Part shown: in pieces, positions 1 to 13,454 of the stretch
Numbering within the stretch: the stretch's first letter is position 1
How the letters are laid out: the number at the start of each line of letters is the position of its first letter
Assembly: GCA_964016885.1 (NCBI GenBank)
Contig: OZ024740.1
Location: forward strand, 116,188,001-116,252,000
From: Eledone cirrhosa
Lineage: Eukaryota
DNA length: 64,000 nt
Reading direction: 5' to 3'
Position numbers and translations under genes: made by a program
Notes under the pieces: generated by a model
What the model was told of the DNA's origin: nothing
Database searches by the model: none
Seen by the model: the letters and a program-made list of their open reading frames with translations, nothing else

Positions 1-9
1 TTGGAGAGG

Positions 10-75
10 CAAAAGGCAAAGTGGATCTCGGTGAGATTTGAACTTAGACCGCAAAGAGACGGAAGAAATACCACA
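10..75 (-). mobile_element. tRNA-derived SINE fragment (family S1)
   Basis: aaaggcaaagtggatctcggtgagatttgaact matches the S1 motif aaggcaaagttaacctcggcgggatttgaactcag seen in more than 10 other copies in the window. Confidence 0.55.
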
Positions 76-1056
76 AGCTTTACATTCTTCATCTGTTAAG
101 ATAAAATAGTAATTTCTGAATGATCATGCTCATGATGAAAACATTTTTCAAATTGTATTCATCTGTTTAAATCCCTTGTTAGTCTAGTTCAGCCTTTATT
201 TCGGTGCAAAATGAAAAAAAGAAAAATGACATTCGTAAATTCAACGAAAGTGCTTTTATGGTTTACACAGCACACAGAGTACAACTATGATAAACAGGAA
301 ATCATCAGAGATGAATTTAAAATTGTTTGGATTTGATATAAGATCTTATAGATATGATTACTCTTCCATGTTTATATAGCCAACGAACGCTGATATGTTT
401 TAAAGAATGGAAAAGGATTTCTTTTGTGTGGTTTTCAAAGAATATTTAGCTATGTTTAGTGTGAATTGGGTGCAACTGTCAGTTGTCTAGGGTCAAGTGT
501 CAATTGTGAAAAGAAGCCTCAAATTTTAATTGTCAGAGTGAACTACCTCGTGCTGAGCCTCTGTTATATTTTGCAATTCTCTTGCATCGCCTTTTCTATC
601 TGTTAAAAGGAGTAACTATTACACGAGGCAGTATCATTATGGGAGCAATAGATGGGTTATGTTCTCAAGAACCCAGAAAAAAGGGAGATAATGTTATTTT
701 TATTTTATTATTCATATAGATGGGATTCCCTTTAACCCGTATCACACGAAGGCGGCTGAAACCGCCCTAGCTTTATGACAAAAACTGCCAATTTTAAAGA
801 GTTCATATTTATATAAAGACATACCACTATGATTATATTTAAGTAATTGGTCCAAACATTGGCTTACTATAAAAAAAATCAGTTATTTTATTAAATTCCT
901 CCAAACGTTTTATATATTTTTAGAAATTAATTTTTTTATGGCTTGTTATTTCAAAAATCCAACTTTTTATTACTTTTTTATGACGTAGACAAGTGTGAAA
1001 TACATTGGCATAAGAGTTTACAAAGACTTCCGCCATTACTGTGACGCCATGCAAGA

Positions 1057-1133
1057 TAATGACGTCACACAATAAAATGACATCAGACAATGGCGTTACA
1101 CATAAATGACATCAGACAATGGCGTTACACATA
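1057..1133. repeat. 29-bp tandem repeat
   Basis: aaatgacatcagacaatggcgttacacat twice, plus a degenerate partial unit. Confidence 0.8.
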
Positions 1134-1371
1134 ATCTTCGTTAGTGTTTTGACGAAAAGAGCAGAGAAGGAAAAGAAAAAAAAAATGAATTAGACAACGA
1201 AAGAAAAGGAAAGGGGAGGGAGCGACAGACCCTACATCCCAGTCAGAGCAGTATGTTTCAGCTGCGTCCCGCGGAGAGTGGCCAGCACATAATCGTTACA
1301 ACAACCACCCTACCTCGCAGAAGTCCTTCTTCAGGCGGGTGATGTCTTACCGATTTTGCAGTATCTGTTAG

Positions 1372-1449
<78 letters not shown>

Positions 1450-2677
1450 AAGAGAGAGAGTCGGGTTGTCAGCGACTACACCGGCAGCCCCACCAAGCTT
1501 GCTTGGTGAGGAGGGTGATTTTGGACACTCTGCGGGTTGAAAACACAAAGCACGTGAAAGAGCAGAGGAACTCAGGAGAGTCAACGCCCATCCAATAAAT
1601 TCTCTATATATTTTTTTTATATACATATCATACAAATGATGTACCGCTCACAGCTAAAATGATTTAGGTTTTTCAACAATTTATGACATTTTTAAACGAA
1701 AGGTCCATTTAATGCAATTCATGGCTGAATTTGTTGTTGGTGTATGGCAAATATTTTAAAGCTTTCAGAGTAGATGTAATCTAGTGCTGTGATCAACAAT
1801 TGTTTTTACGATTCGAACTCAAATATTATTGAAAGACTTGTAAAGAACCCTTAAAATTGATATTTCACGATTACTGAGAAACTTATAAATAACTCTTAAA
1901 TTAGATGATATAAACAATATATATATTTCAAAACCATGTCATGGAATTTACTACTGATTAGCACTTTATTGACAGAGTTAAAATATTACATCTACGAGAA
2001 ATGACAAAAAATAAAGTTTTAATAAATTAAAAGTAACTCTCTCAAACTGTTTGACCCCATCAAACCCTCAGAGGGTGGTCTCTCTAAAATATGTCTGGGA
2101 AAAGAAACTAAAGACACTCCTATGGTAAGACAAAAGACTAGATCTTATAATAGTCAATCCCTGGCAGAGCTCAATGCAATATAAACGAATAGGGATGCAT
2201 GAAAGGAAATATGTTAATGACGTTTTGCACTCTGCTATAAGCTAAAATAAGGATTAAGATAATAATATGTACACATTAAACAAATTCACCTTTATTAAAC
2301 TAAATTAAACCATTTCATAAAAGAAAAAAACATATAAAAGTTTTAGAACATTATGAAGACAGTCTTAAAGAACTGTCAAACTTTTCTGACAAACCTGCTA
2401 GGCACCACTCACACTCCAAGAAATCCCTAAGTTATTTAGAGAGTCCTTTCGGTTAGTAAGAACCCAGATTGGAGAATACTGCTATAGTGCATAGTGGTGC
2501 GAGGGACTTTTTAAATATGTAAACTGGCTGGTTATGATTAGTTGCGTTTCTTATTTTGTCGAGTAGAACAATCTATATTACAATAACTGCACAACGTGTT
2601 TGTCTCTCCCACTCACTTTCTGTGTATAAATATAGACGATTTTCCTGATTTGTGATCTCCGGTCTCAGCACCGTAGA

Positions 2678-2737
<60 letters not shown>

Positions 2738-2760
2738 TTCTTAACTTCGTACGGACGTAT

Positions 2761-2867
<107 letters not shown>

Positions 2868-2964
2868 CATGCTTACGCACGTGCACAAGTATAGTATTTT
2901 TACAAGACATTTGTTTTTCCATTTCAGGTAGACGCGCTCCATCATCCACTTTTCTAATTAAATA

Positions 2965-3222
2965 AATCATACACACAACGCCAGCACCAACAGTTTTGCA
3001 AGAGATGTCAACATGAATGGACCTGTTATTGTTATCTAAATACATTTTTTTCAAATTCCAACCCGCCCGTCCCCTCAATCTATCTTGTTTCCCATTCTCT
3101 CTTCTAATGAAGGATTAGCGTCCGAAACGTTAAGACCCTCTTCCTGCTATATCAAGTGTTAACCTAATATATCCATTCCATATACTGTACCGATTGTGTT
3201 GTTATTTCTGTTTACTTTTTAC
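2965..3222 (+). mobile_element. short PLE-end-like mini-element, family A copy 1
   Basis: Closely similar to 37658-37915; ends in (CA)/(TA)n; carries a hammerhead motif. Confidence 0.7.
3100..3135 (+). ncRNA. minimal type I hammerhead ribozyme, mutated (CUAAUGA)
   Basis: tctt-CTAATGA-a-ggat tagc gtcc-GAAA-cg-TT-aaga; stem I tctt/aaga; G5->A in the core. Confidence 0.65.
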
Positions 3223-3549
3223 ACACATATATATATATATATATATGTGCATTTTTTTTTTCAAACTTCTATTTTGTACCTAACTCCGTGTAGTTAATTA
3301 ATTGTCTAGTCAATTTCTACAGGCTAAAAGAAATAACTGGATGAATTTTATATGGCTGTACATCGCGGAAGATAATCTGTATCATTTGTCTATTATTTCT
3401 CTATAGGTACATTTAAAACTTATAGCCTCGTTTAAATGATTTTTTATGTGGTTGATTTATACGGACTAGGGAGAGGAAATACTGTATATGTTTTATATAA
3501 TAGTTCTTCAAACTTGCAATTTTATATATATATATATATATGTATATAT

Positions 3550-3945
3550 ATTTATTAAAATAACAGATTAAAGTTTAAGCAAAGAATCGCTGCTTTCACC
3601 CTTAACGGGATCTTCTGAAACTAAAAAAGTCAATCTGTGAACGCAGAAGTTAATATTTCAAAAAACGTTCCAACCGAAGGAAGACAGGAAGATGATACTT
3701 TAGTTCGTGGAAACGTTCCCTGGCAAAGAACGGAAAAAAACGAAGATAATACCTCATTATTTGATGCAGTGAAAACAATTACACGCGAAGACAAAACCAC
3801 GTTTATGGTATAAATGAATTCGTAGACTAATATTCTATTAGGTGGTTCATGGAGACGTTCTCTGGCAATGAACGGAAAAAACGAAGATAATACGTCATTA
3901 TGTGGAGCAGTGAGAACAATTACACGCAAAGACAAAACCGCGTAA
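3550..3945 (-). mobile_element. mini-element family B copy 1 (about 125-bp internal subrepeats, hammerhead-like end, AATAAA, then (TA)n)
   Basis: Near-identical to 8437-8870 and inverted relative to 4688-5036. Confidence 0.75.
3572..3622 (-). ncRNA. hammerhead-like fold with variant core CAGAAGA
   Basis: minus strand: agttt-CAGAAGA-tccc gttaa gggt-GAAA-gca..tgc-TT-aaact. Confidence 0.5.
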
Positions 3946-3984
3946 ATATATATATTTATATATATATATATATACATATATATA

Positions 3985-4430
3985 CTAGCAGAGGTACCTG
4001 GCGTTGCTCGGATATTAAATAGCAATTGTGTATACCATTTATGTCAATACTTCAGTGCTGCTTCGAAAACTATACTTTTACAAAATCATCGGCTTTTTCC
4101 AAAAAGGGGTTCCTGCTCCCAGGGGTCCCCTACCCAATATGTGCCAATTCTGAGAGTTCACATTCATCTGTAGGACAAACGTAGCCCATATGTCAAGTTT
4201 TGTGAAAATCGGTTGCGAACTCCAGAAGTTATGACGTTTTGTTGCATTGCACTGCAGTGCTTCAGTCGACTCCAAGGAAGTGGTTAAAGTAGTTAAAGGG
4301 GTTATCTGCCGGGGGGGGGGGGGGGCTATAATCAATATCTGGAAAAATACCAGTGCCCATGACCATCCGGAGTACATAAGTAACCTATGTCTTAAGTTTG
4401 GTGAAAGTACTGTAGAAATGCATAAGGTTT
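3985..4430 (-). mobile_element. non-autonomous Helitron/Helentron-like fragment
   Basis: minus strand ends ccgagcaacgccagg-tacctctg-CTAG|t (imperfect hairpin plus CTAG); internal aagttttgtgaaaatcggt motif; 5' end not defined. Confidence 0.45.
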
Positions 4431-4453
4431 ATACATACGCGCGTGCGTTCGTG

Positions 4454-4516
<63 letters not shown>

Positions 4517-4687
4517 GTATGTATTTGTGTGTGCGTATGTATGTGTATGTCCGTCGGGGCATACGTATGTACTGGCCTAAATCTTCACTATTTACTTTTA
4601 CTATTTTAATAATCTCTGTCATTTTCGTTTTCAATTTTATTTACATCATTCTTAAACTCCGGGGCTGGAAATCATTCTGTTATTTTA

Positions 4688-5036
4688 AATAGAATATTAG
4701 TCTAACGACTCCATTTATACCATAAACTTGGTCTTGGCTTTGCATGAAATTCTTCTTTACGCTCCACATAACGACGTATTATCCTCGCTTTTTCCCGTTC
4801 ATTGCCAGGGAACGTCTCCATGAACCACCTAATAGAATATTAGTCTACGACTTCATTTATACCATAAACGTGGTTTTGTCTTCGCGTGTAATTGTTTTCA
4901 CTGCACCAAATAATGGCGTATTATCTTCGTTTTTTTCCGTTCTTTGCCAGGGAACGTTTCCACGAACCAAAATATCGTCTTCCTGTTTTTGTTCGGCTGC
5001 AACGTTTCTCGAAATAATTACTTCTGCGTTCACAGA
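4688..5036 (+). mobile_element. family B copy 2 (inverted, lacks the ribozyme end)
   Basis: Reverse complement of 3634-3945; both give the same pseudo-translation FFPFIARERLHEPPNRILVY. Confidence 0.75.
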
Positions 5037-5764
5037 TTACTCACAGTTCAATTTGAATGGGAAATTCCTGTTTCATCGATTTTCTCCGTAATCATGGAAG
5101 ATTGTAGCTTGAAAGTCGACCCAAAGACTCCTCGGGTCATTCTGCATAACTGTGTAAATTTTAGCTGCATTCCACCAAGCCGTTTCGACGTTTATCCGAC
5201 TACGCCTACATATACAACGTCCGACCACTTCCAATTTATATAGTAAATTTGTTTATATATGATTGACAAAAAAAAAAGTACAAAACTATACATGAATTGT
5301 TTCTACTAAACCTTCAATTTAAGACACAACCTTCTTTTGCTCCCCCTGAAACATTGGGCTGTGAGTCACCCCACACAACGCTGAGTCTGCTTTTCAACTC
5401 CATCGTGATGCACGGTGCGTCATGGTGTATCTAACCATTTTTTTAGGTCTTACTACGGCTGATTTCTTCCAGAGAGAAAGAAAGAGATGGAAAAATGCAG
5501 AGAAGATTCATCCCCGGAGGAATAATAAAAAATGTTTATACTGCCCATTTCATTTTTTCAAAGCTAAAGCTGCCGATCCCAAATCAGTAAATCAACTCCA
5601 TGAAAACTTTCAAATATATGCTGTTCTAGCATGAATATTATGCTAAGGATAAGCTGTCCACAAAGTAAGATTTACTTGCATATCCCGCTCATATAAACAC
5701 ATAAATACATGCATACATACATTACAGTTGATATTTTTTTTTATTAAAGCGTTTTCATATTATA

Positions 5765-5843
<79 letters not shown>

Positions 5844-6149
5844 GAAACATAAGTCAATTGTATGAACTCATAATCCTTTATTAACTGCTTTATTTGTATG
5901 AAATTGTAAATAAGACAAAAATATTAGAACAAGGGGAAATAACTCACCGAACGCGATAGTTTTGGGGCCCCAGGGACGACATTTTTCAAGTTAGAGATTT
6001 GAAACCTCGTCTATTTGCTTCCTTGGCTCTTTTTACATAGATGTGTAAATTTTCATGTCAGTCCGACGACATCTACTACCATTTAACCGTGCACATCTGA
6101 ATTTCAACCACCACCCATTTCACAAATATATATTATATATATATAATAG

Positions 6150-6236
<87 letters not shown>

Positions 6237-6282
6237 ATAGAATTAGGATTATAGCTTCGAGCAGAGCTGTATAGAGATATTT

Positions 6283-6437
6283 ATTGGAATTTCGTATTTC
6301 TAAAGAAATGCGGTATGTTTATAAATAAACATTTAGAAAGCTGTAGGTATACAAAACACCGGTGGCCATCGCCACCTGGCGGTGTCCAGATTTATTTATA
6401 ATCATACCGTATTTCTTTAGAAATACGAAATCCCAAT
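6283..6437. repeat. 47-bp inverted repeat inside a (TA)n-flanked insert
   Basis: 6283-6329 is the reverse complement of 6391-6437 with few mismatches. Confidence 0.8.
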
Positions 6438-6480
6438 TTGTTTAGCAAGATTCTTTATCTGAAATCGTGTGTTGAAACCG

Positions 6481-6540
6481 ATATTGTTATACTTTGGGAG
6501 GGTCATGTTGCAACATGGCAACATGACCCTCCCAAAGTAT

Positions 6541-6548
<8 letters not shown>
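6481..6548. repeat. perfect 31-bp hairpin
   Basis: atattgttatactttgggagggtcatgttgc-aacatg-gcaacatgaccctcccaaagtataacaatat. Confidence 0.9.
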
Positions 6549-6610
<62 letters not shown>

Positions 6611-6619
6611 ATTATTATT

Positions 6620-6670
6620 AGAATGCACTGGATAATTGCTGGCCTTGTGCCAAAAGTAGAAACAATTATT
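6620..6670 (+). mobile_element. SINE S1 3' tail fragment
   Basis: aatgcactggataattgctggccttgtgccaaaagtagaaacaattatt. Confidence 0.7.
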
Positions 6671-7062
6671 AGGTTATGCAAGAAATACTTAGGATTATCC
6701 TGAATGCAGTAATGGTTAATTACTACACTAGATAGAGTCGATCTACGGTGAGGCGTTCTCAACGAGTCACAAAAGAACCGCTAAAGAAACTTGGTCTTCG
6801 ATTCTTTTATATTCCGGAGCGTAGATAAAAAATGATTAACAAAACAGATAGACATCATATATATATATATATATATAAACTCCAATCCTTTTTCTTCCCA
6901 CCTCATCTTTACTGATGAAGGACCACCGTTCGATAAGCTATGGCATTCTGTATCCTTTGTCCACCAGCTTTAAACTAATAATATTTTGCGTAATTGTCTC
7001 CCATTTTTGTTTCTTTTCTCTTTTTTTAAAATTCAACTAATATATATATACAATAATATATA

Positions 7063-7133
<71 letters not shown>

Positions 7134-7648
7134 TGTACATACGTGTATATTCGTACGTATATGTCTATATCTATGTATGCAAGTTACTGGATGAGTTCTA
7201 TATTGGCAGGAATTCCACATTTTGAATTTACCCACCATGAGGTTTTTTTTCTCATACAAAGGTCTTCCTTTATTTGTTACAATAGCATAGGACTGCTAGA
7301 TTTGCGAACATGGCGGTATGCGCAATTATGCACACCTTAAGACCTATGTGTCGACTGTGAACATTTCCTGCTGAAGAAACGTAATAGCCCTATTATGTAA
7401 TATCTGCTGATTCTGCAAAATTTCTGCATCCTGCAGTTTTAATAACTGTGATCGGCAAAATATTGCACAGAAACGGAATCCTTTCAGGAGATAGATACAT
7501 GTACCAAAACACTGTACTCACTATATAACTATTATATGTGCACTCTGAACATTGAGGTGCATTTTGACAACTGTAAAATTATTGTTTCATTGAGTGAGAG
7601 GGCCGTGGCCTGAGATCGCTGAAATAACATCATTGACTTTCGTAAAAA

Positions 7649-8350
<702 letters not shown>

Positions 8351-8436
8351 GTAATAATAACAAATTTGAAGACTAAAATCCAAAGAGGGCTCGATAAGGA
8401 TAAATATATATTAGATATATAAGAACCGTAGAGCAA

Positions 8437-8870
8437 ATATTTATTAAAATAACAGATTAAAGTTTAAGCAAAGAATCGCTGCTTTCACGCTTAACGGGAT
8501 CTTCTGAAACTAAAAAAGTCAATCTGTGAACGCAGAAGTAAATATTTCAAAAAAACGTTGCAACCGAAGGAAGACAGGAAGACGATACTTTTTTTCGTGG
8601 AAACGTTCCCTGGCAAAGAACGGAAAAAAACGAAGATAATACGCCATTATTTGGTGCAGTGAAAACAATTACACGCGAAGACAAAACCACGTTTATGGTA
8701 TAAATGAAGTCGTAGACTAATATTCTATTAGGTGGTTCATGGAGACGTTATCTGGCAATGAACGAAAAAAACGAAGATAATACGTCATTATGTGGAACAA
8801 TGAGAACAATTACACGCAAAGACAAAATCACGTAAATGGTATAACGGAAGTTGTAGACTAAAATTCTATT
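8437..8870 (-). mobile_element. family B copy 3, with the variant hammerhead-like fold at 8461-8511
   Basis: Near-identical to 3550-3945, same CAGAAGA core. Confidence 0.75.
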
Positions 8871-9054
8871 TAGAAAACCGAATGATTCCCGGCTTCAGAG
8901 TTAAGAATAAAGTAAATAAAATACAGAGGTAATTGAAATTAAATATATACATACACACAACCATATACGTACATACACAAACATACGCGAAAACACTCCC
9001 CATGGGTATGCAAATACAAGCACGTACACGAAAAAAAAAAAAAAAAGCACACCA

Positions 9055-9410
9055 CAAAGGAACGATGTACTAGTATCAAGCTTATTAGCTATCGTCAGCA
9101 TCGTATACCTTCCTGCCAGATGATTGAACGTCTGAAAGTATATACCTTCCTTATGCATATTAACGGCTGAGCAGCCTAATTTGCATATCGAGTGAGTTAG
9201 TCGGCCGGGCGCACCGAAAACGATAAATGGAAAAAATGAAACGAAATTTCATTTCTCACTCTTAGTACGGCTGTTACTTAAATATAAGTATGTATACGTA
9301 CATACATATATGTGTACAGACGTACAGTAGTATGTATATATATGTATATATATATATACATACGTGCACATATATATATATATGTACGTATGGGTTTACC
9401 GAACATATCT
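9055..9410 (-). mobile_element. family C copy 2
   Basis: 9055-9165 matches 7997-8104; 9224-9271 is the inverted copy of 8204-8252. Confidence 0.7.
9062..9104 (-). ncRNA. type I hammerhead, mutated (GAAA->GAUA)
   Basis: acgatg-CTGACGA-tagct aata agctt-GATA-ctag-TA-catcgt. Confidence 0.7.
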
Positions 9411-9677
9411 ATAATACATATAGTTACTAGTATTTATAATATTTCTGAAGTGATGAAAATGTATTTATATAAGAAACACCACCAAAAACATATAAATACA
9501 GGTGGATGTCAGAAATGTTGAAGGCCGAGAAATATGTGACACCCAATCTCTAGCAACAACTGGTGGTGGCGAGGGCTATGGTAATGGTGATAGCATTAGT
9601 TTTGATGTGATGGTCATGGTGGAGACGGTGTTGGTGACGTTGCTACTGGCAGGGGTGGTAGTGGTAATATATGTATG

Positions 9678-9799
<122 letters not shown>

Positions 9800-9951
9800 C
9801 AGATATATAGATAATAATAGTATAATAGTTTCACAGACAAAAAAGTGGTTTATTTCTCCGATCAAGTGAGACAGTCTCGGTATCACAATCTCTCAAAGAC
9901 GAACATAAAAAGGGTATATCAATGAACAGATAATCACACAGAGGTATGTAG

Positions 9952-10030
<79 letters not shown>

Positions 10031-10047
10031 TGTGTGTGTGTGTGTGT

Positions 10048-10182
<135 letters not shown>

Positions 10183-10512
10183 CGCGTGTGTATGTATATA
10201 TATATATATATATGATCTACACAAACGAAATTTAATTTGACTTATCTTCCTGTGTGTGTATATATATATATATATATATAGTGAAAAATTGAACAAAACA
10301 GAGAGGCAGTACGAACAAAGGTTTATTAGTTTCACGCTCTTGAGAGTGGTGTGGTGGTGGATATATATATATGCGTATATATATGTGTGTATATATATAG
10401 TGAAGGTGGGTGGCCTACTGGTTGGGGTATTGGACTTACGATGATATTGTGGTGGGTTCAATTGTTGGTATATTTCAGAAAATGATTAGCAGCAGTAGCA
10501 GAGAGTTAAATT

Positions 10513-10625
10513 GCGATGGACTGGGCTCCTGTCCAGAAGAAGCTTTGTTATCTCAGTCGCTTAACGCCAATGAAACCAAGATAAGCACTGGTGTGCTGAC
10601 CCTCTAGGTTTAGGACAGACTTTAA
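10513..10625 (+). mobile_element. V-domain-like SINE fragment (second copy at about 52430-52510)
   Basis: gatggactgg..ctgtccag core and gtcgcttaacgccaatgaaacc..ataagc shared with 52439-52470; family assignment is from memory of V-SINE cores. Confidence 0.35.
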
Positions 10626-11560
10626 CTTTCTTAACACACACACACACACACACACATACACACACACACTCTCACACGCACCACAGACACACACCACACA
10701 CAAACCACACACACACGCACACATATATATACTAGATATATAAAACAACAGTGACGCTAGAGTAGGGGGAAGGGGAAGGTAAAATATGCATTCATAACCA
10801 TCGGTGGTCACGCCTGGCTGCTTCTATTAATAATGTAGAGAGAAGACGTAGATAAGCTAGAAGGGAAGAGAGAGAATAGGTGTTCTGTGTGCCGAGACAG
10901 ATAATTTACGTCTGTTCGTTGACTTAAAGGTCAGAAACAATAAAGACAGAAGCTGGAGAAAAAAACTATGATGTTGGATATAAAACAAAAATTAAATGAA
11001 TAAAAATACATGAAATAGAAATAAAAAAATAAAAGAGTGAATTGGAAATATGCGACACAGAAACTTGTATAAAATCTGATCTGTGCAAAGTAGTAAAATA
11101 GTGATTGATATTAGAGATAGATATATATAGGGGCAGGCATAGGTGTGTCCGCGTACGCACGCGAGTGCGTTTGTGTTAAACTCTGAACGTCCTGTACCAC
11201 ATGAAACCACATTAGCAAGATATTACACCACAATAACTATATCACATTAAACATTAAAGTCTTTACTTTACTGCACTGTAAATTTTCACAACTACGTGTC
11301 CACCCATAAAGATACTACGAACATTTCAATTAAAAGGAGACATTCTTAAACATCCGTTGCTAAATCATGACAGGATGTTAAGGGTTAAAGAGTTCACTTC
11401 GAAACCACGTAGTTCTGGTCTCAGTTGCACCTTCGGCAAGTGCCTTCTACAGAAACACGTCGTATACATACACACACACATGTATATATATAGAAAGGAA
11501 CGATCGACTTTCGTCAAATCGGACCGAGGAAACATATATATATATATCCATAACATAAAT

Positions 11561-11632
11561 ATTTCATCTGATGAGCGTACTGGACGTTTCTGTTAAGATC
11601 GTCTAGTTTCCTGAAACCTTTGGTAATGGAAT
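11561..11632 (+). ncRNA. type I hammerhead ribozyme (intact core)
   Basis: atttcat-CTGATGA-g..actggacg/cgtctagt..t-GAAA-cc ttt gg-TA-atggaat; 7-bp stem I. Confidence 0.75.
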
Positions 11633-11687
11633 AATTGTATTGTGTTGTTTATTATGTAATTAAAAAAGAATATATATATGTGTGTGT

Positions 11688-11778
<91 letters not shown>

Positions 11779-11988
11779 AAAAGTAAACGGGAACAACAAA
11801 GCAAACAACACATTACGATAAAGAAATATATTAGTTTAACGCTTCATATAGTACGAAAATAGTCTTTCGCATCGGAAAAAAGAATGAGAAATAAAAAGAT
11901 GAAATTGAAAGATAGAGGAAGACTGATGAATTAAAAGATTAATGAAGGAACGGAAACATTTTTGGGCGGGAGAAAAGTGTGTATTCAG

Positions 11989-12054
<66 letters not shown>

Positions 12055-12055
<1 letters not shown>

Positions 12056-12249
12056 CGAAGGAGTTGTGGTAAGGAACCAGATGGACCATAACGCACCAGT
12101 GTACTCAATACTTAGGGTAGTAGAGTGGGTAATAGGAGAAAGTATGACCCCGACAGCAGAGCTCAACCCGTTTCGACGGCTATTTCTGGACTAAATAGTC
12201 CAGAAATAGCCGTCGAAACGGCTTGAGCTCTGCCGTCGGGGTCATACTT

Positions 12250-12253
<4 letters not shown>
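12055..12253. mobile_element. fold-back mini-element family D copy 1
   Basis: 58-bp arms 12136-12193/12196-12253 (2 mismatches) plus an 80-bp unique tail; (TA)n on both sides. Confidence 0.85.
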
Positions 12254-12330
<77 letters not shown>

Positions 12331-12736
12331 TATGTGTGTGTGTGTGTGTATTTAAATAGATGTTTTTACATACCATAGTATCAAACATTAACTGAATGAA
12401 CACTCAGTACGTGTGAGCAGAGAGTAAAATTTAATGTTCTGAAGTTTCAGCAATTGAAGTTTCGAAGTGACAGATATTTCTTCATAGATATGAGTGTGAA
12501 GTTTCCTCCCTTCACTCTCACTCTCACCCCCCCCCCCCTCTCTCTCTCTCTCTCTCTGTTCATGTGTGTCTACGTTTGACAAAAAAAAAAAAAACAGAGA
12601 TCAATGAAATAAGTACCAGACCTGAAAAAATCAATACTAAGTCAATATGATCAACTAAATAAAGACAGTGCCCCAGCATGACCACTGTCAGAGGCGTCTT
12701 ATTCATAAGGCTGACTGGATTGGCATATTATTCGTA

Positions 12737-12925
12737 AGGGCGGTGGATTGGCAGTATCGGTAGATCGTCGAACAACTTGTTTTGCAGCATAGAGTTATGG
12801 CCTTTTACGTTCTGAGTTCAAATCCCGCCGGGGTTAGCTTTGCTTTTCATCCTTACGGGGTCGATAAAATAAGCCCCAGAAATGCGCTGGGGTAATTGCT
12901 GGCCTTATGCTAAACGTAGAAACAA
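12737..12925 (+). mobile_element. full-length tRNA-derived SINE S1 with 17-bp TSD
   Basis: A-box-like tggcagtatcggt, B box gagttcaaatcc, central tttcatccttacggggtcgataaaat; tattcataaggctgact duplicated at 12700-12716 and 12926-12942. Confidence 0.85.
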
Positions 12926-12976
12926 TATTCATAAGGCTGACTAGTCTGAAACTTAGGGGCCCCCACAAATCTTATT

Positions 12977-13023
12977 CTCCTCTGGCACTTCAATCTACAG
13001 TGCAGATTGAAGTGCCAGAGGAG
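12977..13023. repeat. perfect 20-bp hairpin
   Basis: ctcctctggcacttcaatct-acagtgc-agattgaagtgccagaggag. Confidence 0.85.
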
Positions 13024-13091
13024 GCCAGAAATATCTGAAATGTGGGGTCCGTCTCTGGCTTAATACGGACCTGGGCGCAGTCTGACTGAAA

Positions 13092-13128
<37 letters not shown>

Positions 13129-13217
13129 AAGAGTTTACGGACCCAGCATATTTATCAATGCATATACAGTAATGAAAATAATTCTGTTATTTTAATATGT
13201 ATATATAGAGACATGTA

Positions 13218-13260
<43 letters not shown>

Positions 13261-13262
<2 letters not shown>

Positions 13263-13423
13263 CGAAGGAGTTGTGATAAGGAACCAGATGGACCATAACG
13301 CACCAGAGTACTCAATACTTAGTGTAGTAGAGTGGGTAATAGGAAAAAACCAGGCTAAACATTCTAATTTAGTCCAGAAATAGTCGTCGAAACGGCTTGA
13401 GTTCTGCCGTCGGGGTGATACTT

Positions 13424-13427
<4 letters not shown>
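13261..13427. mobile_element. family D copy 2 (one arm internally deleted)
   Basis: Same two ends as 12055-12253; (TA)n flanks. Confidence 0.8.

Positions 13428-13454
<27 letters not shown>

Noticed and set aside
732-770. TTAA-CCC piggyBac-like end
   Set aside because: No matching right terminus found nearby.
6912-6950. CTGATGA-aggac cacc gttc-GATA
   Set aside because: No GAAA and no stem I partner; at best a decayed hammerhead.
12737-12830. tRNA-like A/B boxes
   Set aside because: These are SINE heads, not tRNA genes; no cloverleaf, and each is attached to a SINE body.
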